Source: Amoebophrya sp. A120 (Eukaryota > Protista > Dinoflagellata). From it: 64,000 nucleotides of DNA. The notes under the pieces are model-generated. The model saw only the letters and a list, made by a program, of their open reading frames with translations, ran no database searches and was not told where the DNA came from. Location: assembly GCA_905178155.1 (NCBI GenBank), contig CAJINV010000004.1, forward strand, positions 11,686,177-11,750,176. The letters run 5' to 3'. Position numbers and translations under genes: made by a program. Position 1 is the first letter of the stretch. Every line of letters begins with the position of its first letter. Positions 25,611 through 37,900 of the stretch are shown here, piece after piece.

Positions 25611-28600
25611 TTAGCGCTTTTTCTTCGACCCGGCTTGCGTCATTTGCACGGCCCCCGGGCTGGCTGGCTTCGTGGGGAGCTTTCGTGGCGTCAAAGCCGT
25701 CGGCTTCGACCTGCGGAAGCACAGGCCGCAGCAGCCGCAGCACATCAAAAGCTTGAGGAAAAAGATCACGGTGGAGAAGGCGAGGGAGAGAAGTTTCCAG
25801 CTGACGCCGATCACCAGAGAGACGACGACTTTGCGGAAGAGGAAGCACAACACGACTCTGTAGAGCAGGACCTTCAGGAGGAGCTTGTAGACGAGAAACT
25901 TCAGGACAAACTGGTACAACTGGGGTATTTTGGTTGGTGGAGTTCATCTGCTGCAGAAGTGTAAGAAAAGCTGCATTCTTGTACAAATGCATCAACACGC
26001 CGACGAGGAGGTCGTGCTAGACCATAACCATTGCTATGAACCGGTGCGCGCTCATCGGGGGGGGAACATAAACAAATGAAGTACAACAAAATGTCATCCA
26101 GTGAAAATTCTGCAAGTAGTACCACGAAGTAGCTCAAGAAAATTCCGCCGATGAGGAGGACGAGGAGGTCCCAGGCGCCGTTGGTAAATTTGACTTCTTC
26201 TCCGAAGACCTGCAGCGTTATATTGCAAGGAAAAATCCCCCCTCCCCATACTGAAAAGGTATATTTTTGGAAATTTGTGATGCTGATTTGTGGCAACAAA
26301 TCGTGTCTGTCTTGCAAGAAGGCAACTCCGCAGGCTCCGCCGCATTGTGCAGGCGGGTTGTCATGCTGTTCGGCCTACAGCGCGGATGTTTTTCATGCTA
26401 AGTGCCTAAGCCAAAACCTCGCTACTCACACTTGGTATGGGCCTTCAGTGTTCTCCAGCAAGACGCCTCGGATTTGTGTACGCAAATCCAGCATCACAAT
26501 TTTCCTTTTCGATATGGGGTGGGGGGTTTTTTCCTTTTGATACGTTAGTGGCTGGTAGATGAAAGTCTTCAAGTCTTCCACCGCGGTTTTGCTGCTCAGC
26601 AACTCAGTCGCCTGCGGGATGGCCTTCTCCACGGTGAAGGTGTACCTGCGGTAGTGAAGTTTGTTTTTGATGAACAATTTCATCCACCAAGCGGCCCTTT
26701 CAATGAGTGTATCGGAGCCGTCTGCTTGAACTTCATACAAGTGGATCGCGATTTGCCGACATACGTACACGAAAAAAAAAAATGGATTTTTTGTCGACGA
26801 CAGAGCAGTACATGTCTCCCGTGGCGTTTTGCGCAGCGGCGAGCGCCGTGTTGACGTGTTTGTCGACGTTCAGACTCTGGTAGGTTTTCGAGGCCGTGAG
26901 CACCAAGGGGTCTAAGTGCTTTGCAGCGTGCACCCGGTACAGCACGTGACCCTGCGCTATCAAATGCAAAAATGTCTGGGTCTGGAAGATTGCGAGATTT
27001 GTCATGCTGATCTGGCATGGCCCTTAAATCTGTGTTGCGTGGCCGGAAACAGCCTCTCTCGCGTGTCATGCAAAAACGCAATTTCTCATGCGGAATACGC
27101 AGCACAGAAGCACGAAGCAACTTGTCATGCTTGGCGGCGCATTACAGTGCATTTGTTATTGACTGACTTGCATCACAAGTTTGAGTTTCCAGACCCAGAC
27201 ATTCACATTTTTCCATTTCATATGCGCCAAGCCGGCCTCTATCTGCGGCTGCACGGAGTTTTCGTACAGATCTGTCGTTTATCAAATGTAAAAGTGTCTG
27301 GGTCTGGAAGAATGCAACTTGTGATGCTGAATTTGGATTCCAAAAAAATCTGTATTGCAGGAGCAGCAAAGGGAGTGTAATTCTTGCTAGGCGGAGAGGG
27401 CATTTGTCATGCGGAACAGGCATCGCGAGGCCCTCAAAAAATCTGTGACGCTAGGGCATGCATCACAGACATCATGGCCCAGGCAGAACATGCATGACAA
27501 GTCTCAGAATCTTCCAGACCCAGACATTTTTACAGTTGATATCGTTTTTGCGTAGGCCAGCGACGCGCCGTCCTTCAGATTTGCGCCGACCGTCTGGGAG
27601 AGCTGGCACATGTTGGTTTTCAGGCCGGCGCCTTGCTTATCCATCACCGCGCTCAGGTTCTGAAAGTGCGTCTGCAGCACGTTCTTGTAGAAAACGCCTT
27701 AAGTAGTGTTGCATAATTTTGAACCAGGATGTTGCACGGGAGTGTGCACAACGATCAAAGTGTCGTCGTGGTAAAGATAGTAGAGAGACCTATAGTACTG
27801 ACAGCGACTTGGCTCAAAGCTGTTGTAAAAGCTGGGCGAAAGCTATAGGGGCCGACTTTTTTCGTGAATCTCCACGCTGTTGCAGCCAGGACTTGGCTCA
27901 AAGTTGGGCAAAAGTTGGCTCAAAGCTCTAGACCTAAGCACTTTTTTGCTTCTATTTTCTTCTGAAGCGCGACACTATTGCAACAAACTTGTGTGATATG
28001 AGCTCTAGACGTTCAGAGACGGCGAATTGCAAATCAGCATGCTATGATTGGGAAAAGTTGGCTCAAATATGGGTCAAAGCTCTAGAGGTTTTTTTACAAA
28101 ACGGCCCGAAAAAAACGCCGGAAGAGCTAGACGAATCAACTTCCCAGGCTGCCTATGAGGAAGAGGGGCGCCGCGGGCCCAATAGCTTCATCCCAGTTGA
28201 GCTCTTCTGCAGTTCAATTACGACTGCGAAACTCCCCAGGGTAGCTACTCCTCGCCGAAAAACAGAAACTCGCGCGCCCCCAGTGCTTATATATTTCAAG
28301 TCCAGACGCAGACGCGCCGCCGCTCCGGGCCAACGATCTGGACGCAAGAAAACGTCGCCCCGGTCCCGCAAGCGAGCCGGCGCCGCCCTGCCCGGCCGCC
28401 TTCTCTCTGGCTGGGGCCGGGGGCCCGGCTGCAACCGGAAACAGAAAAGACAACCTCCGGGGCGCACCGCCCCCAATGGTACGCGCATCACCCCGGACCG
28501 TTTCCACTAATTGGCCAAGCATCTCGGCCAGAAGGCGGCGGACAAAAGCCGCCGGCGCCTCTTTTCCCTTGTGCTTAGTGATAAAAACCTCAACGCATAC

Positions 28601-31199
28601 CCTCCGGCCAGCCTGCCCACTTTTTACTCGGCTATGGCAATGGGCGGGAAAACTAAAAAACCCCGGATACCTGCTGCCCGCTGGCCACGCGCGACACGCA
28701 GGAGAGACTTCGCCGCGCCTTTCCCAGCTGCGTGGCGGGGCAAGCCGAAAGGCGCCGACGCGTCCGCGCCTTGGGTAGCCAGCCAGCCAGAGGCAATGGC
28801 GGCCCGGGCGCCCGCGCCCATGCTACCGCCCAAGCGAATGCGCCAAAGCGGCGCGCAACCGGAAGGGCTGCGGCTCTTTTTTGGTTCAGAGCTCTTCTCA
28901 TCCGACCGCGGCCACCTGGACACGCAGCCAAAGAGCTAGCCCCGCCCTTTCGTCCGCCTCCTATTAGACAGAACCTGTTGCGGCGCTGGGCCGCTGCGGA
29001 GTTTCGTGCGAGTTGCTGCGGGCTCCTTCAGCTGCCCAGCCGACAGAGGGAGAACCCAAGCCCCTGCGTCTTCTGCCTTATCCGACTGGCCGCCGGCCGA
29101 AAGAAAACAGCCAAAATCGGCAAGGAAGCAGGCTAGAACGAGACGGCGACCAGGCAGTACGTAGGCAGACCTGCACCGAGCGGGGGCCGCAGTGCTTCTC
29201 GACGGGCCCTTGCGATATACTAGCAAACGCGCCCCGACTTTTGGCCCGAGCATGGATGGCCGTAGGTTTTCTTTCTTCCTTGTAGTGCTGTCGCTCTCTT
29301 ATTTCTTGAAGCTTGCCTAGCTAATATCATCTTCGTTTTCATGCATTGCTGACGCCTAGCTATTTACACCGCCTTGAGCCCTATTGTTCTATTTGTTTGC
29401 GTAAATTCCCGCGCCGTTGTGCCTCCACGGCGGCGCGAGTGAGGTATACTGATACTCATGACCATGATTTAGATTTTCAACCAGTGTGAAAAAATCACAT
29501 CCAATAAAAACCAATCAAACTAAAGTCCTCACCCGACAACTTCCCGACTAGTGCGAAGTCCACGTATCCACCCCATGGTGACGCGCCTCCTTCCGCCATT
29601 TTTTTGGACTTCTTTTCTGCCGCTTCGGACTTTTTCTCTGCGTCGGCGACGGCTTTTTTGGCCATTTTCACTTCTTCCTTCGCGGCCTTTATTTGGGTGG
29701 CCAGCTCGTCGTTGGCTCGCTGCGTCGCGTCGGCGTCGTCGTCCGCCGTTTTCTTCAGATCGGCATACTTCTTCTTCAGCTCCTCATACTTCTCTGCCAG
29801 CTGTGCTTGTTCGGGTGATGGTGAAGCTGTTGGGGAAGATGTTTAAGGGGGATGTGAACACGAGAATCACATAAAAACAGGTAAGTCTGGTGGTCTTTAT
29901 TTGTGCATCTTTTGCCTATGCGTATGCTATGTACCCAACTGAATAGTTTGCGAATAAAAATTGAAATGTGATACTCTATGCGTTTTCCAAAAGAGACCCT
30001 TTTCCAAAACTTTCATACCTGCTTCTCCCGCCTTCTTAGCTTTCTTCTCCGCATCTTTGACCTTTTTGTCTGCCTTCTGCTAGTATGCATTGCAACTATG
30101 TCTGAGTCTGGCAAGTCGTCATTCATGCCATTATGTGGATGGCCGGCATACGATACTGACACTCTCATCCACAGAAGTTCTTTATTTTGTACCGATGTGT
30201 TGCTGTTGTTTATGCTGACCATCCCTTGCAAGTTGCCTTTTTGCACAACAAGCAAGGAGTCGTGGTCTCGTTGGTACGCACCATGTATGGTTGTAGACGC
30301 TAGCTGCGCTGCGAAGCTCCAGACCAAGACATTTTTGCTATATGCATAGCTGTATCTCCTCCACGATTCCATTTTGCTGGGCCGATATCCACGAAGAAAA
30401 TTGCTTCACTGTGAATGTAAAGTGCGGAGGATAAAAGGCAGATTCGTCTCTTTTCTTTTGAATTGCAAGGAAATGCATCTCCTTCTCTTAGCGGGACAGA
30501 AGGTGCCCACGATGACAGATTTCCTTTCTTTGCCATGCGTTTTGCAGCCGTTCTACGGATCGTGCAAGGTCATTACAGTGAAATAATTTCTTCGTACGAT
30601 ATCCAAAACCTTCTCTATTTTTGCCTCGGCGTCAGCTGTATTGTCAAATTTTCAAGGGAGTTCTGGTTTTCCTCTTCCTCTCTAAAATAGCGCAGTTTTT
30701 TTTCTACAGTCACGCCTCTGCCGCTTTTCTGTTTTTTCATCGACATCGCTTACACTTTCATACTAAGTCAAAGAAATAAACGCACACGAATCTATTAAGC
30801 CATTAATCATACCTTTCTCTGCCTCCAATTTTCCCTCCAACTCCTTGATTTGCGTTTCAGCCTCTGTAAGCTTTTGTTGCGCCAGTTGCTGCAGCTGTCC
30901 CAGGTTAAATTCTGCGGAGCCCTTAGCCTCCTCACACGTTGCTGCTTCCTGTTTTAGTTGTGTATTTTTTGTCGTCATGCACATTTTCCAAACGGAGGGT
31001 CTTTTTTTACGTTTCTCATGCCGCATGATGCGCACGGCAAGCCAGTTGTCAGGCAAAAAGTCCTTACCTCAGTTTTCTTCGCCAGCTGGTCTTTCAAATC
31101 TGCGACTTCGCTGGCAACCGCATTCTTACCTCCCGCGGCCGCGTGTGCAACCGACGCGTAGTACGCGGTGAAGCAAGCGAACGTACGCTTGAGGACCAT
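25611..31199 (-). CDS. Multi-exon signal-peptide, coiled-coil, C-terminal transmembrane protein (unknown function)
   Basis: Starts MVLKRTFACFTAYYASVAHA; E/K/A-rich exons; in-frame GT-AG introns 29827-30018 and 27698-29532; four introners; hydrophobic C-terminal exons with CCGCC. Some junctions unresolved. Confidence 0.6.
26958..27222. mobile_element. Introner family A
   Basis: Family A TIRs (small duplication in right arm); TSD tgcgc. Confidence 0.9.
27280..27541. mobile_element. Introner family A
   Basis: Family A TIRs; TSD tcgtt; close relative of 44713-44974. Confidence 0.92.
27800..29260. repeat. GC-rich non-coding repeat inside a 1.8-kb intron, preceded by repeated TTGGCTCAA motifs
   Basis: GC-rich blocks with A-runs at 28150-29250, patchily similar to 62200-64000; TTGGCTCAA at 27809, 27893, 27915 and 28058. 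Confidence 0.5.
30084..30348. mobile_element. Introner family A, degenerate
   Basis: tatgcattgcaactatgtctgagtctgg ... ccagaccaagacatttttgctatatgcata; TSD gctag/gctgt; restores EEIQ/QKAD. Confidence 0.8.
30386..30601. mobile_element. Introner family E, degenerate
   Basis: tatccacgaagaaaattgcttcactg inverted relative to cagtgaaataatttcttcgtacgata; TSD gccga/tccaa; restores KVL/AQQNG. Confidence 0.7.
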
Positions 31200-33145
31200 G
31201 CTGCTTGTATGTGCTTCTACAATGGGGGTAGAACAAGAAGTCTTTCAAGATGAAAAGTCCGCCCAAGATGACAGCAGCAAACCGGAGTTGCTCGCTGGGT
31301 CTTGACCTTATTGTGCGGACGTTGTCGTGGATCTACTTGGTCTGATGGATGCTGCTTTTCATAGCTGTGAGAGAGCGCAATACAGCGTTGAGATACTAAC
31401 GAAGGCTACAAAATCGAACTACGAAAGTTTCTTTTGAAAAGAAAATTGAGTACATACGTGCGATAGTTCTTTTTTACTAGGAGATTTCTTGTTGGGAAAG
31501 TCGGAAAGAGAAAGATGTTCTCGGTCTTCGGGTCGCTGAAGAGGATGATCCGGCTTTCGGGTCGCTTAGGTCATCACAATAGCAATCGGCAAAGATTCGG
31601 ATTCGGATTCTGACGAGTTTTTCAAATACCTCGTGGAATTTTCGAAAATGCTCGACATGATACGGATCTTTGTCCGAAATCTTTTTTCTTGGTGCCGTGT
31701 GAAGAGTCAAGCTCAACAACAAAATAAAGTAGTGATCGGAAGACATGGTTATGGATCATCCGGCGAGCAGCTGCATACTCGTTCGTTTGTTTTATCCGTT
31801 TCAACAAATGGGAATCATGCAACCAGAACACGACACCGACAGGAGACGCTGCATCTGATTCAGCGCGCAGTTTTAGCATTTGCTCTTCTACTGGGGAGAG
31901 CAGAGCCGTCGAGAAAGATGCCTTGAACTTGATCATGTTGCTACAATTTCATTCTTGACGTTCTTTGTTTTTACATAAAAAAATACTCTTGCTGACTTTC
32001 ACGAACGCAAGAACTATGCTTGACATTCGCAACTATAAAATCAGTAGTGGTGTAGAAGATGCTTTCGCTGGCGACAGGTTGATGTGATGATGATGAATGG
32101 TCTAAATTATAATTATACATTAAATCTGTCTGTCAAACTTCCCAAATTTTCATTTTCAGGCACTAACACTAAGCGTTTCTTCTTACAGTCATACGTCTGC
32201 CAAATTACGAAGTGCCACTGACACTGGTGATAGACGCACGCGAGACGCAATGTAATTCATTGGCATAGAGAAAGAGCAGAAGTAGTTACTTACTTAATTC
32301 GCTCAGAGGAATGCTGATTGAGTTCAGTGCACAGATTTTCAAACTTCGCCGCGCCCATGCGCCTCCGTGTCGTGTCCTTCGTTTTTGGCGGTGCCGGCCG
32401 CATGCAGCGAATCCTGCGCAAAGCCCGTCTCTCCGTTGTCGCGGACGACAAAGCTCGAAGACAGCCCGTCCGAACCCCGAACAGCCGACCATGGAGGGCC
32501 CCCATAGCAGCAAGAGAACGGAAGCCACGAAGAGGACGTAGACGGAGCAATGGATTCATCATCGGATTCCACCAATTCCTGAAAAAGAAATCAGCCTTTT
32601 TCTTTCTTCATCGTTTTTCATCGTGTTTGCGTTGACGTTGCTCTCATCAAATATTTTCGTTTTGTAAATACAACGGCACTTCTTCTAGTACGATGAATTG
32701 CATCTGTGAGGGTTCTGCGTTATTAGTTGGCACGATGCCGATGCAATTGGGTTGGTTCCACATTCAAACAGAAACCAGAGGAACGCCAATACGTGTTCCT
32801 TCCTCCAGTCGGGCACGTCCTCCTCGTCTAAGGCTTTGGAGTCAAGACGTGATAAAGAGCCTCGTGATTCAGATTCTCGTTGCCGCCTCTCTTGTGCTTC
32901 TTCTCTTTCGCCGAATTTTTTCTGTGCTTCGCGCCTCATGCTTCGCGGGAATGCGGAATCTTACCCCTCGGTTCCCTGGCAATACGATGCCATTGCCATT
33001 GGATGTATCAATCACCTTGAAAGAATATCAATAGGTAGTTTTTTTTTCAGTCCCGATCAGCTGTTGCATGGCTTATGGTTATGCATTCAAACCTTACTAC
33101 ATAAAACATACTGGTACTAACTCTACTAACTGCCCAGCCATATAT

Positions 33146-34126
33146 TCAATTCAAACATACTTCGACATGATCGTATGCAGGTTCGATTTCGTCCGGAGCA
33201 TCGGGTAACTCCGGAGCATCGGGTAACAACTCGGGTTTCGCCCGCGGACGAGGATTCGGATTTTCGGCCCACGGACGAGGCCACGACGACCTCACTCCCT
33301 CCCACCACGACTGGTAACTCTTCTCCAGTAGCGAGTTATCACCGTCCACTGTGTCGGCAGCGGGCGCCAGGGTCGAACCCGACGACGTCACGCTGACCTC
33401 GAGAAACCCGCTCGCCCCGCTCTCGGCGCACACGCTCGCGAGGTCCATGAGGTCCAGGTTCGGTCCCGCCGTCCCGGTCGTGGCCGATTCCGGCAGCGCG
33501 TGTCCCAAGACCGGGCACTCCTTGGCATCGACCTTGCGGTCGTTGTTTTTGTCGAGTTGGAGAAAGGCGTGCACCGCCCCGGAGTTGTAGGCCTGGACCG
33601 CCGGCCACAACTGGCCTCCGTTGCGGTTTACGATGCCCTGCATCACGTCGACCTCTGCCATGCTGAAACCGCCTCCTTGCAGATCTGGAAAATGAGCTTA
33701 TAAACTATTGTTTGACAGACCCTGCTACTGCTGAAGCAACATAAATAAAGGTTTTTCATTGGACTTTCCATTTTTTCTACTTCATCACGTCAAGATATGC
33801 CGCATGCACCAGCACGAGAAACAGAAACTTAGACTGTGGGAATAAGTGTTTTTGTGACTGCACCATGGCCAGCAAAACCGAAAGCCAGATGAAGATGGAG
33901 ATGGTATACCCACTCTCAGCTCATAAATCGTCTTGAGCCCCGCCAAGTCCTTCTCGGTAATCTCCTTTCCGGCCACAACGCTGGGGGTACGCGCAGCTGC
34001 ACCGCTCGTGCCCCGCAGATTCTGCTCTTGGACAAGGGCGAAGACGATGTAGGGGGCTGCAAGCCACCCAGCCATGAGGGAGAGCCCCGACGCGAGCATT
34101 GCGCCCGCCTTCACGTTGGGTCGCAT
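33146..34126 (-). CDS. Secreted EF-hand-like protein (2 exons)
   Basis: Hydrophobic leader followed by NLRG; GT-AG intron at about 33685-33909 joins to DLQGGGFSMAEV; AFLQLDKNNDRKVDAKEC EF-hand loop. Confidence 0.6.
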
Positions 34127-34967
34127 GTTGAGTTGCCTTTCTTTACTCTTACGTCTAGTGGTAGTGCTTGGCTTCGGTTTGCTATTTGTACTCAGCTTTA
34201 TTATCTTTGAGCACGATGGTGCAGCACCGGCCGAGACTGGCACCCGCAGAGGTCAATTACTTATAGATGATGAAAGGCTACTTGTTACTAGAAACTCAGG
34301 AACAACATGAACGACGATCAATCATCAAATCCAAGAAAGACATCTTTACTTCTTCTGATCCTCCCTCACGATGACCTCCTGCTGTAGCACGGATTCGCAT
34401 TGCCATTGGCCCACACGCGTTGCGCTCCGACCCTCCTGTCAGTCAAACATTCATGCGTTATGGACCCTCACGCACACGCTCGTGCTCGTCACGTGACCTC
34501 GCGCAAGAGATGGGCTCACAGTAAGACAAATAGAAATATGTCTACGCAGCTGCTGCTGTGTCACAACAACGAAAGGGCCAAGAAAAGCGGAGAATGAATC
34601 GGCAATCGGATGAAACACGAGCAGTAGAAAAACAAAGAGCGCGAACCGATTGTCGTAATCAGCCTGCTCTTGCGGAGGTCTTCTTCGCTGTCGAATCTAC
34701 AAGGAAGTGTCTGTCTCGTGCTCGATCGAGCATTTGATTGGTCATTGCTTCACACCCACAGTCTTCTTCGAAAACGACGAAATTCAAAGCAGATAAATCT
34801 GACGTGGAGTAAGAGTATTCTTCATTTTAGTCTGGGGGTCATTTTTGCATTATCAACACTTCCACTCTGAAGGATCTTACAGTACTTAAAAATCAAAAAG
34901 AAACAAGATCAAGAGTTAAGTCATTATTTTGGTGTGTCATCTGATGTGTCATTTTCTTTTAACTTCA

Positions 34968-37900
34968 TTATGCAAAGATGAAACTCCAAAGATTGTCCTC
35001 CCACGAAGGTTCCAAAACCTCCTCGGCCACCTGCTCCACAACTGTGCTTTTCCTCGCTTTATCCACCTCGGCTTTGCGTTCGTTTTCTTGTATCAAATAC
35101 GGATAGTACTGCGCTTCCAACGGCTGCATCCCCGTACTCCCGTCTACAATTCTTGCGGCGTTATAGTTGTTTTGCATTACTTGATGTCCTGACTGTGTTC
35201 TACTCCTTGCGGTTGAGGTAGCCTGCTGCGCCAGGTAGAAAAGGTGGTCGTCGGGGAGATCTGCAGCATCCGCTTCACCATCATCAACCTTATTTCTCCG
35301 TTCCGCCGATGGCCCAGTAGTTGTTCTTGCGAACACAAGCTCCTCAAATTCCCCTGCAGCCCCCGGGTTGCCAAGAATTAAAGCGGACTCTTTACTGGCC
35401 CCTCCTTCCGACGACGATGGTGGTTCCGGGTAGTACAAAGCTGCCCGATCTACTCCTCCTGCGGGTTTCTCGTGCACGTTTCCTCCCATCTGCGAGCTGT
35501 GCCGCAGGTGCGGGTGAATGGAGTTGTAGTTCAGTTTTCCGTGTGCGTTCGGCGGTCCGCGCAGGTAGTGGTGGTCGCCGATGAAGTTGGGGATTTCGGC
35601 GCCCTCGAGTTTGGACGGGCGGTACGGGTTGTTGCCCATCGCGTAATCCTTCAGCGTCCCCGTGCGGCCACACGCGCTGCATTGGTGATCGATGCTCGGA
35701 GGACCGCGAATGGTGTTGTGGAGAGCCGCATTGTAGCCGAGATTTTGCGCGTTGGGCGGAAGAGGGGCCCCGCCGACGGAAGGAGCCGCTTTTTGCTGCT
35801 GCGCTTGGGTCTGGAATTTGTTTGATGCACTTGCTTTGGGAGGTACGATTTTTGTGTAAGTGAGCTGCAGCGGACGAATCAATAAATTATCCGCAGCTGG
35901 AAGTAGAACAAGAAGAAACAAACTGAAAGAAAAAACTCCAAGCACAAACATCTATCGTCATCGTTGAAAAGGATATCTGTAGTACTTACCCCCTTGTGAA
36001 AGCCGAGCACATTCTCCGCATATCCCGCGGGCAGCGGTAATTGCGGATACCCCGGAAGGCCCTTGACGATCCGCTTCCTTCCGTCGGGGAAAACCAAACG
36101 ATAGGTTGGCACGGGGACTCTGCTATGGATTGCAAACATGTCTGGGTCTGGAAACTTGTAATGCTAAAAGTGAATGATAGACGCGCGGCAATACGCAGCT
36201 ATGCATGACAAATTTTGTGATTGTGGCTGCCATATCTTATGTATTCCGCATGGCAAACTGCCTTTTCGCATGACAGTTAAGAGGGCCCTTGCGTGCCTAT
36301 GCAACGCAGATTCTCGAGTCATGCCAGACAAGCATGACAAACTTGCATTCTTCCAGACCCAGACATTTTTGCATTTGATATCTGCGGACTACGGGCATGT
36401 CGACGAAATCGACGCTCTATCCTGTGCAAAAGTATCGTATTCGTATTGCAATCATGCATTTTTTTGAAGGTAAATCCGCATTACAAATTTTTTTCTCATG
36501 CTGAGGAAATAATTTGTAATGCATTTATACGAGTACGATACTTTTGCAGTTCATACGCTCGGCGCCTCGACGATGTTGCTCACCTCTTGCGTTTCCGTAG
36601 TCTTCAGCACCGCGTTGCCCTGATAGGTTTTTTGTTTGTCCTTCTTTCACGTACTGTATTTCCCGGAAATAATGGCAGAAGGATGAACTAAGTATGCAGA
36701 TGCACCCCCACAACTGTGGATGTTTTTCTTTTGTAACAGGTTGAATAAAAACCAGCAAATAAATCAAAATCCGCCACCGTCTACAACTGTACGTATGCGT
36801 CCACGCTTCCCGCGGCCTTCAGCGCCGCTGCCCCGGTTCTGCTCGCGGCCAAGCCCTGCAATTCTGCAAGTTCCTTCTGCTCGGCAGCGTCCGCTTCCGT
36901 GATGGTTTTCAGATCGGACAGGTCCGCCTTGCGCCCGGTCGCGGCGTCCATGATGTACACCGGGACCCGTTGCTCCACTTTTTTCTTCACTCCCCGGTTC
37001 TTCACGACCGTTTCCTCGACGATTTTGTCCACGATCACCTCCCTATGCAGTCCAAAAGCATCGCATTTGACGCACGGTACTAAACTTGCGTGTACAGTAT
37101 TAAAATGACACATCTGCCTTGTTACCTGAATCTGCATGACACGTTTCCTTTTTCTTCCTGAGAAAATTTGGCATGCGAATTATGCTAGTCCGACTACGAT
37201 CAAACTTTTGCAATGCATACTCCCGGTACTCCGTTCGGTCCTCGTAAAAGACCTTCTCGTCGTAGATCACTTTCGGGATCTCAATGTACCGATCCTCGTA
37301 GATGATCTTCGGCACCTCCACCCGTTTTTCCTCCACCATCACGGTCGTGGGCCCCTCCACTTCCTTCGTCACGTACTTCACGTATCCAGAAAAAAAAGTA
37401 AGTGTAACTTTCTTTGAGAAACAGCATCACAAATTTGCTTTACATGACAGAGAAAACCTGTCATGCGTGGCTTGTAAGGGAAAACACACACGAAAAGAGG
37501 ACTTCATGGCTGTCTGGCATGACAGGTGTAACTCTGTTGCATGTTCTGCATCACAAATTTACACTTACACAGTTTTTTTCTTGCATATCACGACGGGAAC
37601 CTCCACAAACTTCTCCACCACCTCAATCACCGGCTTCTCCACCACCCGCTCCTCGAGCACCGGCACCCGTTTGACCTTGGTGCGCTCCTTGACCACCACC
37701 TGCGGCACCTCCATCACCTTCTCGACCACCCGGTAGTACTATGCATTGCAAATATGCCTGGGTCTGGAAAAGTGCCAAGTTTGTCATGCTAAACAGAAGT
37801 GCCAAGCTTGTCATGCATATTTCCATGCCCATGAAGTCTGTGATGCATGCCCTAGCATCACAGATGCTGCGAGAGCTTTCTCATGCTTAAACCGCATGAG

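Noticed and set aside
27989-29285. Arg/Pro/Ala-rich ORFs in the GC-rich blocks (also 62013-63976)
   Set aside because: Open in most frames because of composition; frames are not conserved between the tandem copies
31477-32939. Scattered short ORFs between the coiled-coil and EF-hand genes
   Set aside because: Could be exons of a divergent gene, but I could not build a supported model
33192-33228. Short tandem repeat tccggagcatcgggtaac x2
   Set aside because: Ordinary coding repeat (LPDAPE) in a low-complexity tail
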